A stretch of 63,985 nucleotides of DNA, the filler included, from an uncultured bacterium (GTDB taxonomy: Bacteria > Auribacterota > CAZIXI01), in NCBI GenBank assembly GCA_964543115.1. It is 9 parts of 9 records of this genome, joined end to end, with 100 filler letters (N's around TTAATTAATTAA, not from the genome) between each part and the next. Parts side by side here need not be neighbours in the genome. Positions count along the whole stretch, not along the records: positions 7,704 to 15,285 come from CAZIXI010000170.1; positions 15,386 to 22,911 come from CAZIXI010000171.1; 7 more parts are not named here. One strand, 5' to 3'. The first letter of the stretch is position 1. The number at the start of each line of letters is the position of its first letter. The position numbers and the translations under genes were made by a program. This document shows positions 7,704-21,300 of the stretch, in pieces. The notes below the pieces were generated by a model. The model saw only the letters and a program-made list of their open reading frames with translations. It was not told where the DNA came from and did no database searches.

Positions 7704-10700
7704 ACCTATATTGAATATGCTCTGATGATGCGGGAAGGGATTGACCAGGGAGAAGGAGTGACTGATTATCTGCACCGGGTGCGCGCGGGAATGGCAAAAC
7801 AGGTCAGTAAAAAACTGGAACTGGGAGTAGAGGTTGAATATGATCAGGCGAGGTCGGCTGAACGCGGGCCCTGGTATGAATTTTATCAGCGAAAGACCTT
7901 TGGCGCTTATGCCTTTGCCCGCTATCATATATTGCGTAGTGAGTTGATTGCCGAGATAAAGGCTGGTTGGAACGGAGCCAGCCCGGAGGTTCAGGGAGCA
8001 ATAATGAAGTATCTGGAAACCGGGCAGTCCTATGGGTTCCAGTTAAGTTATGGCTGGCTGGAAATGGAGGAGGGCGGCAATGCGGCCGTAGCGCACCGGC
8101 TTTCGCCGGGAGTTACCGGTAACGTTAACATTGGCGAGCAATACAATCTTGGCTGGCTGGCCCAGTTGGATACACTGGATCTGGAGACGCTGGAGGCGAT
8201 CAGTTTAATGCTTCGTTTCGGCAGGAAGGATGGGAGCTGGAACGTGAGTGCCTTGGGTTCCTATATCCGTGAGGGTGGAGCGCAGGTTACCTTGAAGGCG
8301 GGTATTAGTAAGAAAATCTGGACGGGCGTACCGGAAGAGTGGAAACCGATATTGGAAAAGATGCGCAAACAGGCATTGACCGCCAGTCTGGGTTTAGGGC
8401 CCTTGGGCGCTATAAATCAGCTCTACAGTGATAAGGAAGCGGCGGAAGAGCAATTGCAATTAGAATCGCAACAATTGTCATTGTCTTCTGCCGGGGAAGA
8501 AACCGGCAGGAAAGAGAGTGCGCGCGCTGCCGGCAGTAAGCGAGCTGCGGCAGCGGTGCCGGCTAAAAAAGCGGGCCGGAGGGTTATTAAGCAGGATCCG
8601 GTAAAGATAGCGGCGGACAGGCTGATCCAAAAAGTTAAGGGATTAGAAACAGAAATGCAGTCCGCTAAAAGGCTGGGACTGGAAGTAGAGGAAATCATGA
8701 GTGCCTGGACCGGTATCCGCAGGGAATTAGGGTTATTTATTGATTCCTATGAACAGGAGTGGATCAAGGAGCAGGGACTGCGGGAAGAAGAGCTGGAGAA
8801 GTGGCAGGGACTGCGGGAAAAGGCCCTGGATAAAATAGAACAGATGGAAGAGTTGATTGAAGAGGTAGAGGAGCAGTGGGAAGATCTGGAAAAGATAAAG
8901 AAAGATCTAACGGAGAAAAAGGATGAGGCAGCCAAGATATTAACTGCGGTTAGGGGTGAGCTAGTTAAGTTGAGGCCGGTGCTGGCTGATTTGGCCCTCT
9001 GGCACCGGCGGGCCAGGGGAGCGTTGCTGGAATTTCAGCAGGCGCAGACCAGGGTTTACGAAAAGGTTCAGGGCCAGTTGAGAAAACAGGCCGAATATTT
9101 TAAACAGTATCGGGGAGAAATACAGAAGGGAGAAGAGGCCCTGGGTTTATTGAGAAACGCGATTCAGCTGGAAATAGCCAGGATGAAAACGATTTACGTG
9201 AGAATAGAATCCTTAGAGGCGATGATCGAAGGGCAGGTTGTTAAGGATACAGCCGGGGTAAAACCGGAAGTAAAGATGTTGTTGAAGAAGTTGGAACGGT
9301 TGACTAAGTTGGGCTATCCCTATTCTCCCCGTAAGGATAAAGTATATTATCTTCAGTATTATGGAGTAGATGGGCAATCAATGACCAGGGAAGTTGAGCT
9401 TATCGACAGACTGGTGCGGTTTGTGTCCGCGGAGATGGATAAGCAAGGCGGATTTAGTGCCTGGGAGAGGAAACAGCTTCTCTGGGATATGCAGTTCTGG
9501 GTCCGGACCTGTACTCTGGGCGGGTATACGGAATCAGAGGTTAAGGCCAGATTAAGGTACCGGGTAAAGCTATATCCTAAGGTTGCCGCATACCTGGGGA
9601 AGAAGAGGCTTGACCTGGGAAATACGGTTGAGCTGGAGCAGTTGAGCTATTGGGTGATGGCAGCCGTTGCCCGGGGAGCGGATGGCGTGAATAAGGTTAA
9701 GGCAGAAATAGATAACCGGGCAGAGTTAAAAGAGGCGATGGAGGAGTTTCTGGGCAGAAAAATAAATCCGGCAGCGGCGGCGGCAGTTCGTGATTCCGGA
9801 ACGCAAGCTGATATCAAACTCTGGGTGTATTTTTCCAATATGGTAACCTACGGCGGCTGTAAGCCGGCGGAGGTTAAGCAATTATTGAATTATTTAGCTA
9901 GGATCAGAAAAAGCGGTGCCGGTAAGACGCTCTTAGGAATAGATCCGCGGAAGATAAAAAATCCTTACGCTAAAGAAATGACTCTGCTTATTGAACTGGC
10001 CGGGTTGGCCAGGGATGCTGATCTTAACAGGCAGGGTTCCGGAATGGAGAAACTGAAGAAGCTGGCGGAAGTGAAACTTCTCTTGGAGAGCCTTTACGCG
10101 AGAGAGTTGGTTTTAAAATCTTCCCTGACCGAATGTAAGGATTACGAGCGGCTGCTTCATTACTATGGATTGATAGAGAACGAGGAATATAGTGAAGAGA
10201 CTTTTAAACTATTCATGCGCAATCTGGATGATTTTATTGAATATGCGTCTCCACTTTTAGGTGTTTCGGTAAAGGAACTGAGAGAGAAATTCGCTGGGGT
10301 CCAACAGAATGATCTGGATATCGTCTTCCTTAATTATTGGGCGGTGGGCACGGCGGTGGTGAAGACGAAAGGGTTTACGGCAAAGAATGCCGCAAGCCAG
10401 CTTAAGGCTATGCGGGAATACCTGGAATTGATTAGAAAATATAACCTGGAAGCGGCGGTTTTTAAACAAAGCGGATTTAAGACGGATAATCGGCAAGAGT
10501 TCCTTAATAATATAGAGATACTGAGTAATCTGGCCGGTTTAGATTTAGCAAGAGAGTGGAAGGGATATGGGATAAAGATCTTAAAGGGTTTGAAAAGCGG
10601 AGGAATACTCCAGGATCTGCTGACGGGTGTTCCCGAGGATATTGCCGAGGCCTACGGGTTGGCGGGTGAGGGAACGGTGCGCAGGCTTGATTTGAGTAAA

Positions 10701-13700
10701 ATCGATCATTTAGAACTTGCCCTGCAATGGATAATCTTAAAAGAGAAGGATGAAGAATTTGCCCGCCGCTGGCTAAAACTTTATCCCGCGTTCAAGCCTT
10801 TGCTGGAGAGGTTATACGGAGAAAAAATAGATCTGCTTAATCTGGATAATATTAAAACCGGACAATGGGGTCCCTGGGTGGTTTTGGCCTATGCCTGCGG
10901 AGAGGGAGCGGGACTTTCTTCCGGACAGTGGCAGGGTATATATAAGGAGATTGAAGAGTCCTTACCTTTACTGCAAGAGGTATTTGGAGTAAGGAGCGGC
11001 CGGGCCCTGTTAGAGAATCCGGATATTCATCTGTGGCTGGCCGGTGCCGGTGCGGCCCGGCTGACTGATCCGGCAGAGTTTCCGGCACTGGCTGACTACC
11101 TGGTAAAGTATCAGGAGACAGCGAACCGGCTGGTGGAGAATAATGTTATTTCCCGGGATTGGCACAGGCAGGGGCCGGAGGGAGAAGCCGGCCTGCTGGT
11201 GGATATGCTGGCCAGGATGAAAGTCGAGCAGAAGTATCTGGATGATATTATTAAGAGATTAGGAAAGTTTTTTGCCGGGAGAGGGGATTCCGCCCTGATC
11301 CTGGAGGTGTTGAATATGCCGGTGTTAAAAAACAATAGAAGAGCGGGAAGTAAACAATTGTCACAGTGGTATGAAGATTTGCTTAAAATAGTAATGGCGG
11401 ATAAGGCGGCGGAAGAAATGGGGGTCAGGAATTGGGTGCCCCGGCAGTTAAAGGCGATAAAGCAACTTAAACCAGAGTTGGAACTATTATTGGGCAGACC
11501 GATCGGCATCAAGGAGATTACCGCGCTGCTGGTCTTTGAGAATGCCGGCGCGGAATTACTCACCGAAGAAATGGGCAGGTTGTTGGGCAAGGGAAATCTG
11601 AAACAAAGGAAAAAAGATTTGTTGTTGGCAGGTAAATTGAAGGCAGATTTTGAGAAGTATCTGGGGAAGAAACTTGATCCGGATAAGAAGGCGGAGAGGG
11701 AATTGTTGTTTAAGTTTGCCGGGTTTGCCAAGAAGGTTAAGGTCGAAAAGAAAGTAGAACCGGAAGATTATCTGAAGAAACTTATTGAGGTGAAAGCGCT
11801 ATTATTCCAGCACCTGTTCACAGAGCGTGAACAGAAGGAACTGCTGCTGCAATTACAAGCTGATCCTGTTAATAGTACCATTGCCAGATTTATTGAGGAA
11901 CTGGAACAGGTGGAGCGAGAGGGGATATTAAAGGGCCGCAGCTTGCCGCAGATGATTGAGGCAATGGGGAGGGTAAAGGAAGATTTATTGAATATGTTGA
12001 GCAAAAAGGAACTAGCGGCGGCTGAGCTGAAACAGCTAAGGGATCTGGCCCGGGGCGTGCAGCCGCCGGCGAGAAGAAAGAAGCTTGATCTGCTGCTAGC
12101 CGGCGGAAACAGGATAACAGTGGATATTGAGAACCCGGAACAGTTGGATCAGCTTATTTACTGGGGTATCTCCAGTATGATAGACCCGGCGCGGGCGGAA
12201 TCTTATCTAAAAACAAAAGGCTTTTTGAAGCCATTCGCTCAGTCACAGGGAATGAATGTTGCCAGGATAGATGAAGGAACTCTGGATACGATATTGGCCG
12301 CCTGGGCCAATACCAACGGCTATTCTCCAGCAGAGGTAAGGGATATCTGGTACGCGGCTGTTGTGTTTGAAGATGAATTCCAGGCCCTGGAGACAAGAAG
12401 CGGTAAAAAACTGGAGATTCAGGACAGGCTGCTCTGGGCAAAGTATATTGTGGATAAGGAAGGGAAATATAAGGATAGGGAATATAACGGGATAAAATAT
12501 TTTCGGATTATGGACAGATTTTTAAAGGCGGCGCCGGATTTGTTTAAAGATGTTAATTTAAGAAATCCTTATAGCGAGCATATCGGCCGGTTAGATTATT
12601 TAATCGACTGGGTTATGTTGGGAGGGTGGAGTGAGGAGCGGATGGAAGTGCTTGTTAAAAATCTAGAAAAGTCAGCAAATATTGTCGGCGGACAGGAAAA
12701 GTTATTTGGCAAGATATTCACGGATTTCAGTAAGGAAAAACCTTATCTGAGGGATATATATATTCTCGCTTTCGGCTCGTGGTGCTGGGAGAGGCGTGAT
12801 CAACTGCCAGCACGGGAGGGGGAGGATGAAGAGGCAGATATGGTGCTGATTTTCTATTCTCAGGGACCGCCGATGGAATTAATGGAGGGATTGATTCACA
12901 ATGCCGCGTTTAAAGAATTGTTCCATGGAGGGACGGAGTTTCTCATGGGTCAGTATGACTATGATCCCGACACTCCGCTCCCTCCTCCCTCGGCAGCAGT
13001 CGAGAAGAAGTGGGAAGAAGAGGCCTTTTTTGTGTTCAATTTTGTCACGCAGTATTTTATGGGTGATAGTCCGCCGTATGAGTATATAGAGGAAAATAAT
13101 ACCGCCACTTTTACCGAGTTGGAACAAGATATGAAATATGCGATCCAGTTTCTGAACGATAAAGAAAATATCGCGATTATTACCGGCAGCCTCAGCGATA
13201 TGCTGAGTAGTTCGGAACTACTGGATAAGTTGGATATCGGAGTATATCTGGACGGGCAGGGTAATGTGGATGAAAAAAAGAAAAAGCTGCATGAGTGGAC
13301 GAAAAAAGTGTTGCTGCGGCTTTTTTATGATAAAGAGAACAGTCCTATTTATGGCAAGATGAAAGAAGAAGGACCGGATACTTATGCTGGTACGCCCCTG
13401 CAAAAGGCTGAGGAATACCTGCAGGATTTAAAGCGGGCGGGGATCCTGCTGGAACTGGACAGGCCCCTGGCTCAGAAGAAAGAATATTTTCAGTTATTGA
13501 ATGATCTCTACGGCTATCCTCCTACCTGGGATGAGCAGGCATTTATCAACTTTTTCAGCGAAGAGGAGTCCTTTGCCGGTAAGCTGCGGGCAATGACGAT
13601 ATTTGCCCAACCCCTACTGCAGTCCTGGGAAAAAGGCAATGAAGAAGATTTTTCCGTCCTGGATGTGGCCTTTACTATTGCCCATTTTGATTTGGCGAGC

Positions 13701-15285
13701 GAATGGTACGCGGACCCGGTTGCGCAAAACTCGGTTGATAAATGGTATACGGACGCTCTTAAGGTAAAAGAAATGTTTGCTCAGGGAGCGGAAAAGCTGG
13801 ACAGTGTATTCGGAATAACTTACGAGAATCTGCATTATGGCCAGGAGTCGATTGATTTTAATTTGAATGGGGTAGCGGGAAGTATGAGCGGGGCAGTAGT
13901 GGGAGGATTCCTGTTCAGTGTGGCGCATAATTATATCGATCCGGACGCGGCACAGGAGAAACCCTACCAGAATGTTGCTGCCTNNNNNNNNNNCAAACTG
14001 CTGGAAACGGTGGAACTGGTGCTCGAAGAGTTAAGGAACCATCCTGAATATGCCGGGTTGTTGGAAGAGGCCTTCGGTGAAATTGACGGGGCCAACGCTG
14101 TGCTGCTGGATAAGAGGCGGTTGTTTATTCATCCTGACATTATAAAGATTAACGGGGTATTGCCTCTGAATCTGACGAATGATAATTCCTATTTGATCCC
14201 CGGGTTACCGGCAGGGGAGGAAGGGGATGAAAATAGCTGGCCGGGCACTGTTATTGCTACCCACAAACTGGTGATGATGCTGGCCCAGAGTATAGAAAAG
14301 TATGAAAATGTGCTGACTGAGAATGGCAGCGAGGTTTTTGCCCCGAAAGAAAAGAGGGTGGAATTCTATTTTCAGCGGCTGCTGCCCCAGATGGTTAATG
14401 TGCTGAGAGAGGCAGAAACAAACAGCAGTTTCCGCGGGGGCCTGATCGATGTGTTTAAGGAATTCAGTGATAATCAGGATAAATTGACTGCCGGGGAATT
14501 GCGCCTGACGAAGGAGTATAATATGTTCGGCAAGGCGGTGACCAACCTGGCCTGGAACATATTAAAACAAAAAGGTAAACCGTTCGCACAAATAAAAGAG
14601 AAAGAGGATGAACTTAAATTCATAGCATTCAGTAATGATGCGGAGAGATTTGAGTTTTACCGGAGAGTGATGCTGCCGGCGGTAAGAAAGATTATCGGCA
14701 GGATCGGCCATCAGGAAGCGGATCTACTTTCAGGTGTATACCATGAACTGGCGGGCAGGGGCGAATATCTAAAAAAGGGCTATCTACGGATAGCGTTTAC
14801 TGATGATGAGGAAAACAATAAGGATCTGCTGGCCGACTGGGAAGCGGCGGGTAACGGAATAAGTTCCCTGGCTTGGCAGATGCTTGTGCATAAGGATATC
14901 CTCAGGCCGGGTGCTGATCCGGGAAAAATGGAACTGGCGGAAAATGTGCCGTTGGCCGAAAGGATAGATTTTTATTTCGCGGAGATGTTGCCGGTGCTTG
15001 GCCAGCTGGTGCGGGATATTACTCACGGTGACCACGCGGATAAGGTAAAGAAGCTCTATGAGGCACTGGCGCAGGTGTCGGTGGAAGAATTAACCGACGG
15101 CCGGATTCACCTCTATGCCGCCGAAGACGCTGATGAATCGGTGAAGATGCTTCATTTTAAGGAAGGGAAAACCATTACGGATATTGCCTGGAACATAATC
15201 AGGTATCCGCGGATAGCGAAACAGGCGGGGGCAGAGGTTAGCGAGGTAAAGGTGCCGGTTTCGGACAGGATAAATTTTTATTTTG
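7704..15285 (+). CDS. Internal fragment (>2500 aa) of a giant protein: putative beta-barrel, coiled coil, then alpha-helical repeats
   Basis: One frame is open from contig edge to contig edge, with a 10-N gap at 13984-13993. No true start or stop is present. Confidence 0.85.
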
Positions 15286-15385
15286 NNNNNNNNNNNNNNN
15301 NNNNNNNNNNNNNNNNNNNNNNNNNNNNNTTAATTAATTAANNNNNNNNNNNNNNNNNNNNNNNNNNNNNNNNNNNNNNNNNNNN

Positions 15386-18300
15386 GGTTATTTGCGTGAG
15401 GTGATCCTTAACGCGATTCGTCCGAAGGTGATTTCCCGGCAGCGGCGCGGCCGGCCGAATATGCGGATTCTGATGAATTGTCTGGCCAAGGGATTGAGTG
15501 ATCTGCGGTTTAATGACCAGACGATTATTCCCACTAAGAAAAATGTTTCATTTACGATTGTTATTGATCAATCGCCCAGTATGGCGGATAACCAGCGCAT
15601 GCCGCAGTCGCTGGGTTATAACGCGGCTAAGGGCGCGACATTGCTGGCGGAGGTATTGGAGAGCCTGGGGCTGGATTTTTCTATTCGCGGGTTTGGTACC
15701 CAAACCCATATGCATAAGCGTTTCCGCTACCAGGAAGATACGGCCAAGACGCGTAATCTGAACGGAATGACCGTGCCCCAAAGTTATTCTTCGCTGGAGG
15801 AAAAAGAAAGGATAGTAAATGATCTGTATACTTCTATTGGTATGGGAAAGGGCGGTGGTACGGATGAGATAGCGGCGTTGGAGGCGGCGTTGGCGGAGGC
15901 CGGCCAATATGGTAATGAAAATCATTATATTATTGTTTTTACTGACGGATTCGGTAACAAGGAGGCATTGCAGAAGATGTTAGCGGAATTACGGGATAAT
16001 AACGGGATTGTTGGCGGCCGGGTAAAGACCGAGGTTATTGGTGTTGGTTTGGGGCAGGGCACGGAGGCAGTGCCGGAGGTTTACGGCGGTGAATATTCAA
16101 TTCAGCTGGATGGCGATAGGCTGCCGCTTTTGCCGCTCTGTCTTAAACGGATGCTGGAAAAAATTATTCGTGGGGTTTATCTGGGCACAACGGAAACGGA
16201 AGAAGAAAGTATGCTGCAGGGTGCCGGTTTGTATGGCCGCACCACCGGCGAGTCAAAGTTTTATGCGGCGCTTATTCCGGGTTTGCAGAAAAAATTCGGT
16301 TGGTTCGGGAAAACACTTCTTTATGAAATTATTGTTGGCCCGATAGTTGAAGAGCTGTTGTTCCGGATAATGCCGTTTTTCCTGCTGGTGCCGCTGGTCT
16401 CTTTTCTGCCGTCTTATCTCGTAGGCACGGCCATTATCGCCTTGGGAGTTATTCTGGGGCTGAAATTTGTGGAATGGCATAAACCGGGTGAACGCTGGCC
16501 GCCAATAGTTGTCTGGCTGGGCAGCCTTGTTCTTATTGCTTTACCCTTTCTCAGTTCTTTTGGTTACGCCGTTGTTTTCTGGGTAATTGCCCTGCATATT
16601 GCTGTTAATATTTACCAAAAAATTACCGGCGGGTCGTTGTCGATTTATGGCGGTGATGATGATGAAATTCCTGATATAGAGGACCGGACCTATGAAGAGG
16701 TAGAGGAAGAAAGCCGGGTTCGCTACCGCGGCGAAGAGTGGTATGTGATGGAAAAGGGCATGGATGGAGAAGTGCTTTTAGAGAATGATTATGGTGACGA
16801 GGTTACGGTAAGATTAGAGTTTGTTGATGACCGGCGGCCGCTGGATCAGAGCGGCGGGTTTGGGGATATAACTGGTAAAAGAGTGCAGGCACCTACGCCT
16901 AATCTGTTTGAGGAAATTTTGGCTGATATGTCTGATGGAGACAGGCCGGCAAATAATTATAATTCTTTGTCGGTGGACGACTTCACTCGTCAATTGGTTA
17001 GGGGAGTTGATATGCATCTGGCGAGGACGAAGATGACTGAAGGCGAAGGATCCGAAGCGGTAGCTGCGGTTAAGGATATTTTGTCTTTACTCTCTGGTCT
17101 TGGTGTGGTTAAGAAAGAGAATTACTGGAAGATTGTATTTATGTTTCATGGAATTGTTAAAAATATATTTTGTTTGACTTCTTTAAGGGAATTGTTGCAG
17201 GCAATTGAGGCGGGGGAAATAGAGAGGAAGTTTGTTAAGCTAAATGTTTTTGGCTGGTTAGATGAGCTTTCTGAGCATGGACGTGATAGAGGTTACGGTT
17301 ATGTTGCTTACAGGTTATTGGCCAAGGCGGGATTGATTGATTTTGCTGGTGATCCGCGTTTTGCGGAAATTGATCAGAAAATTGAAAAACATTTAATAAA
17401 AGGGACAGAGTTAGTAGTTTGGCTCAATGTTTTACCTGACGGTTTACAAGAGTTATTTCTGCGGGAATTGCTGGAAAGGAGTAATGAGGGATTAATAAAT
17501 GAGTTATTTGCCTTGCTTGAAGTTGTTAAGGAGCAGGGGGTAATATTGGATGCGGATAGTGCATTGGTGAGAAATCTGAATACAATGATTACTCAGTCAC
17601 CGCGTAAAAAATGGCTAGGTCAGATTAATCAGTTAGCAAAAAGAATTAAAAAACCCGATCCTGATGCAGAAGATTTTGATTTTGCGGTTGATGACCGGCA
17701 GGATGCTGATTCTGTTAAAATGCCTGAAATTAATATGGTCGGGGATGTGCGTGGTAGATCGTTGACAGTTATTGGGGATGATGCTGAAAGCGGCGAGGAT
17801 GATGAGGGAGGCGTTTATAATATACTGGAGCGCACCTATGAGGAAGTGGAGGAAGAAGACACTGTGTGGTATCGCGGAGAACAGTGGTATGTGATGGAAA
17901 AGGGAAGTGATGGTGAAGTGCTTTTAGAAAATAGTGATGGTGATGAGGTTACTGTGGAGCTGGAATTTCTAGATGACCGGCGGCCGCTGGATCAAAGTGA
18001 CAGGATTTCGGATATGAGCGGAAAAGAATCTGAACAGGGTGAAGAAGAAGATAGAGTTAATCGGGACTTAGAGGTATTTGATGATGTTGATATAGATGAG
18101 CCGCAAACAAAAGATGATGCTGAGTTGGCTGAGGAATTAGGTAAACGAGTGGTTCTGTATATTAAAGGGAGCGTGATGAGAGGGGAAATAGGTGAAGATG
18201 AGGAAGGCGAAGTGATAGATGCGGCTTATGATATTGTGGATTTTTTCGATGCTTTTGGTCTGGTTACACGGGAAGGTTACCGGGAAATTAAAATCTTGCT

Positions 18301-21300
18301 AGATCAGATTACCACTGAAGAGAGTTCGGTTTTTGGTTTTCGGGAGTTAAGAAAGTTATTGCAGGCGATTAGTGAAGGTGAAATAGACAAGAAGTATCTC
18401 AATCTGAATGTTTTTAGCCGGTTGCATGAACTGAATGATTATGGTTATGGTTTTATTGCTTATAGGTTATTGGCTGAGGCGGGAGAGATTGATATTGAAG
18501 ATGACCCTTTTTCCTTTGAGGTAGATGAGGCAATATATAAGCACGTGAACGAGGTTGTGGAACTATTGATCTGCCTGGAGGATATGCCTGAAAAATTGCG
18601 AAAGTTGTTTCTGCAAAAAATACTGCAAAAAAATGATGATGGATTACAGGATAGTTTGGCTGGTTTACTGCAGGTTGTTGAGGAGAAGAGATTGGTGCTG
18701 GATGAGCATACTAAATTGGCGGGAGATTTAAATACAATTGTTACCCAGTCACCGCGGACAAAGTGGGTGCAGCAAATCAATCGCTTAAAAGAAAAACTTG
18801 AAAATCCTGACCAAACTGGAGAAGGATATTATCTTGCAGTTGATGACAAGCAGGGTGCGGATTCTACTAAGGCGCAGGCACTGATTCCTGGCTGGCAGGA
18901 TTGGTTCCGTAAATGGAAAATCGGGGATACGCTTTTCTACAAGATTTTTCTGGGGCCTTTGCTGGAAGAGCTGGTTTTCCGCGGTATTCCGGCCTGGTTG
19001 GGCTGGATGTTAATTGGTTATCTGTCTATTAATGCTGCTGCTGGCATAGTTTCTTTTAGTCTAATAATTATGGCAGCAATTTTTATTAAGGCACATAGGG
19101 TTAAGCAGTACGGTCCGGCATTTTGGGTAACAGTAATCGGTTCTTTGTCTGTTATGCTGGCAGTTGTTACGCCTTTTGGTTTCTGGTTAGTTGGCGGTGC
19201 GTTATTGGGACATATTATTGTGAATATTTACCAGAAAATCACCGGTGGAGAGCTGGCGATTATTGGGAAAGATGATGAGGAGGATGTGCCTAGTCTTGCG
19301 GATTTGACTTATGCCCAGGTAACTGTGGACAGCCGGGTTTATTCTGATGGCGAGGTCTGGACGGTGATCGAAAAGGAGGATGGTAGAATTGAGTTGGCAG
19401 AGGAAGATAATCCTGAGAGTCGAGTAACGGTAATAATGGCTTCTACTGATGATCAGGGATTTGCTTATAATCCTTTTGATGATCTTGATGATTATGAAGA
19501 TTATGATGATTATGATGGTGATGCTTCAGCTGATTATGAGAGCGAGATCGAGGAGCTAGCTCTACATGAGCAAAGACAGTTTGAGCTGCAAGATGAGTGG
19601 GAGTACGATGTTAATCGTGCAATAGACATTAATCTTGGCGGGTACGATGGCGAGATCATTGGAAAAATTAAAAAGGCCGCGAAAAGTGCTATTTTCGTAT
19701 TTTCCGATTTTCATCCATATTTCGATGGTGACGCTGAGCTGGATGATTTTAAGGAATTGCTGGCTTGTCTTCCCCAGAAGGCCGGTGCCTATAGCGAGCA
19801 TGTTTTCAAGGTGCTGGAGCAGGCGGGAAAAACAATTATGGATGATGCCGGTCCTCCGGGAAAAATACCTTCATTTATCAGGTTGCTTAAGCGTCTCGCT
19901 GGAAAGCTGCCGGCAGAAAAGATTGTCCTGGCTTATCACATGTTCTCTTTCTGCCTGCTAAACAAAGATGAGATTCTGTTTGCCCGGGAAAATAAGATTT
20001 CCATGTTCAAGTTAAGGAAGTTAATACTGGCGGGGACGGATAGTCTTAGCCCGCTTATCCAGAATCCGGAAGATTACGCAAAGATTGAAGCTTTATTGGA
20101 ATTATTCAAGAAGATTAGTGAGATAAAGCTTTTTACGGTCACCCAGGGCGTAAAGTTTTTCACACAGGTAGGTCAAGTCAAGGAAAGGGATGAAATTATT
20201 GAGAGGTTAACGATATTGGCGCAAGAGTTAAAGCAGAGCAGCCAGCGCGGAGAATCATTGACGCCTGGTGTCCGTAAGAAATTGAATACCATGGTTACCC
20301 AGTCACCATCGTCAGCTTGGGCAGAACAGATTGACCATTTAAGAGAGGAATTTAAAGATCATGATCCAAGAGGAGCTGATTTTGATTTTACTGTTGATGG
20401 CCGCCAGGATACTGCTTCTGCTAAAGTGCCTGAAGTCAATATGGTTAGAGATATGCAGGGTGAGCCACCGGTTATTGTTGATGATGATGAAATTCCTGAT
20501 ATAGAGGACCTGACCTATGAACAAGTAGAGGAGGGAGATGAGGTTTTGTACTGGGGAGAAAAGTATTATGTGATGGAGAAGGGAAGTGATGGTGAGGTGC
20601 TTTTAGAGAATAGTGATGGTGAACAGGTTACGGTGCAGCTGGAATATGTTGATAAGCGGCCGCCATTAGATCAGAGTGGTGGAATCTCGGATCTAAGCGG
20701 GAAAAGTGCTAGGCAATCTGAGGAAGAAGATGCAGATGATGATGGTTTCGATGCATTTCCCGCTGAAGATACTGACGAACCGATGACAAAAAATGATGAT
20801 GATTTGGCATTTGAATTAAGCGTAAGGGTGGATGATGATGCAGACAAAATCGTGGATTTACTTAATGATCTTGGTATGGTTACGCGGGAAAATTACCGGA
20901 GGATTAAGGAAATGTTAGATGAAATTAGTTGTAAAGCTGGTGCGGATTTTGGTTTTGAGGCGTTGGAAGAATTGCTACAGGCAATCAAAGACGGAGAAAT
21001 AGGCAAAAAATATCTTAAACTGAATGTTTTTGATTGGCTGCACGGGCTTTCTGAAAACGAAGATGATCATGGATATGGTTTTGTTGCCTACAGATTATTG
21101 GCCAAGGCAAAATTGATTGATATAAAAGGTGATCCGAAATCCTGGGAAATAGAACCGGTAGTTAGCGGATATGTGGATGCAACGATAGAGCTGCTCACTG
21201 CACTGAGGATGCTGCCCAAACATTTGCAGAAATTATTTTGGCCGAAGTTGGTGGAAAGCGGAGATGAAGAATTAGAAAATAGTTTAACTGCTTTAGCTGA

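Noticed and set aside
13984..13993. 10-N gap as a frameshift or domain boundary
   Set aside because: It is a scaffold placeholder. The frame is open on both sides and the true length is unknown.
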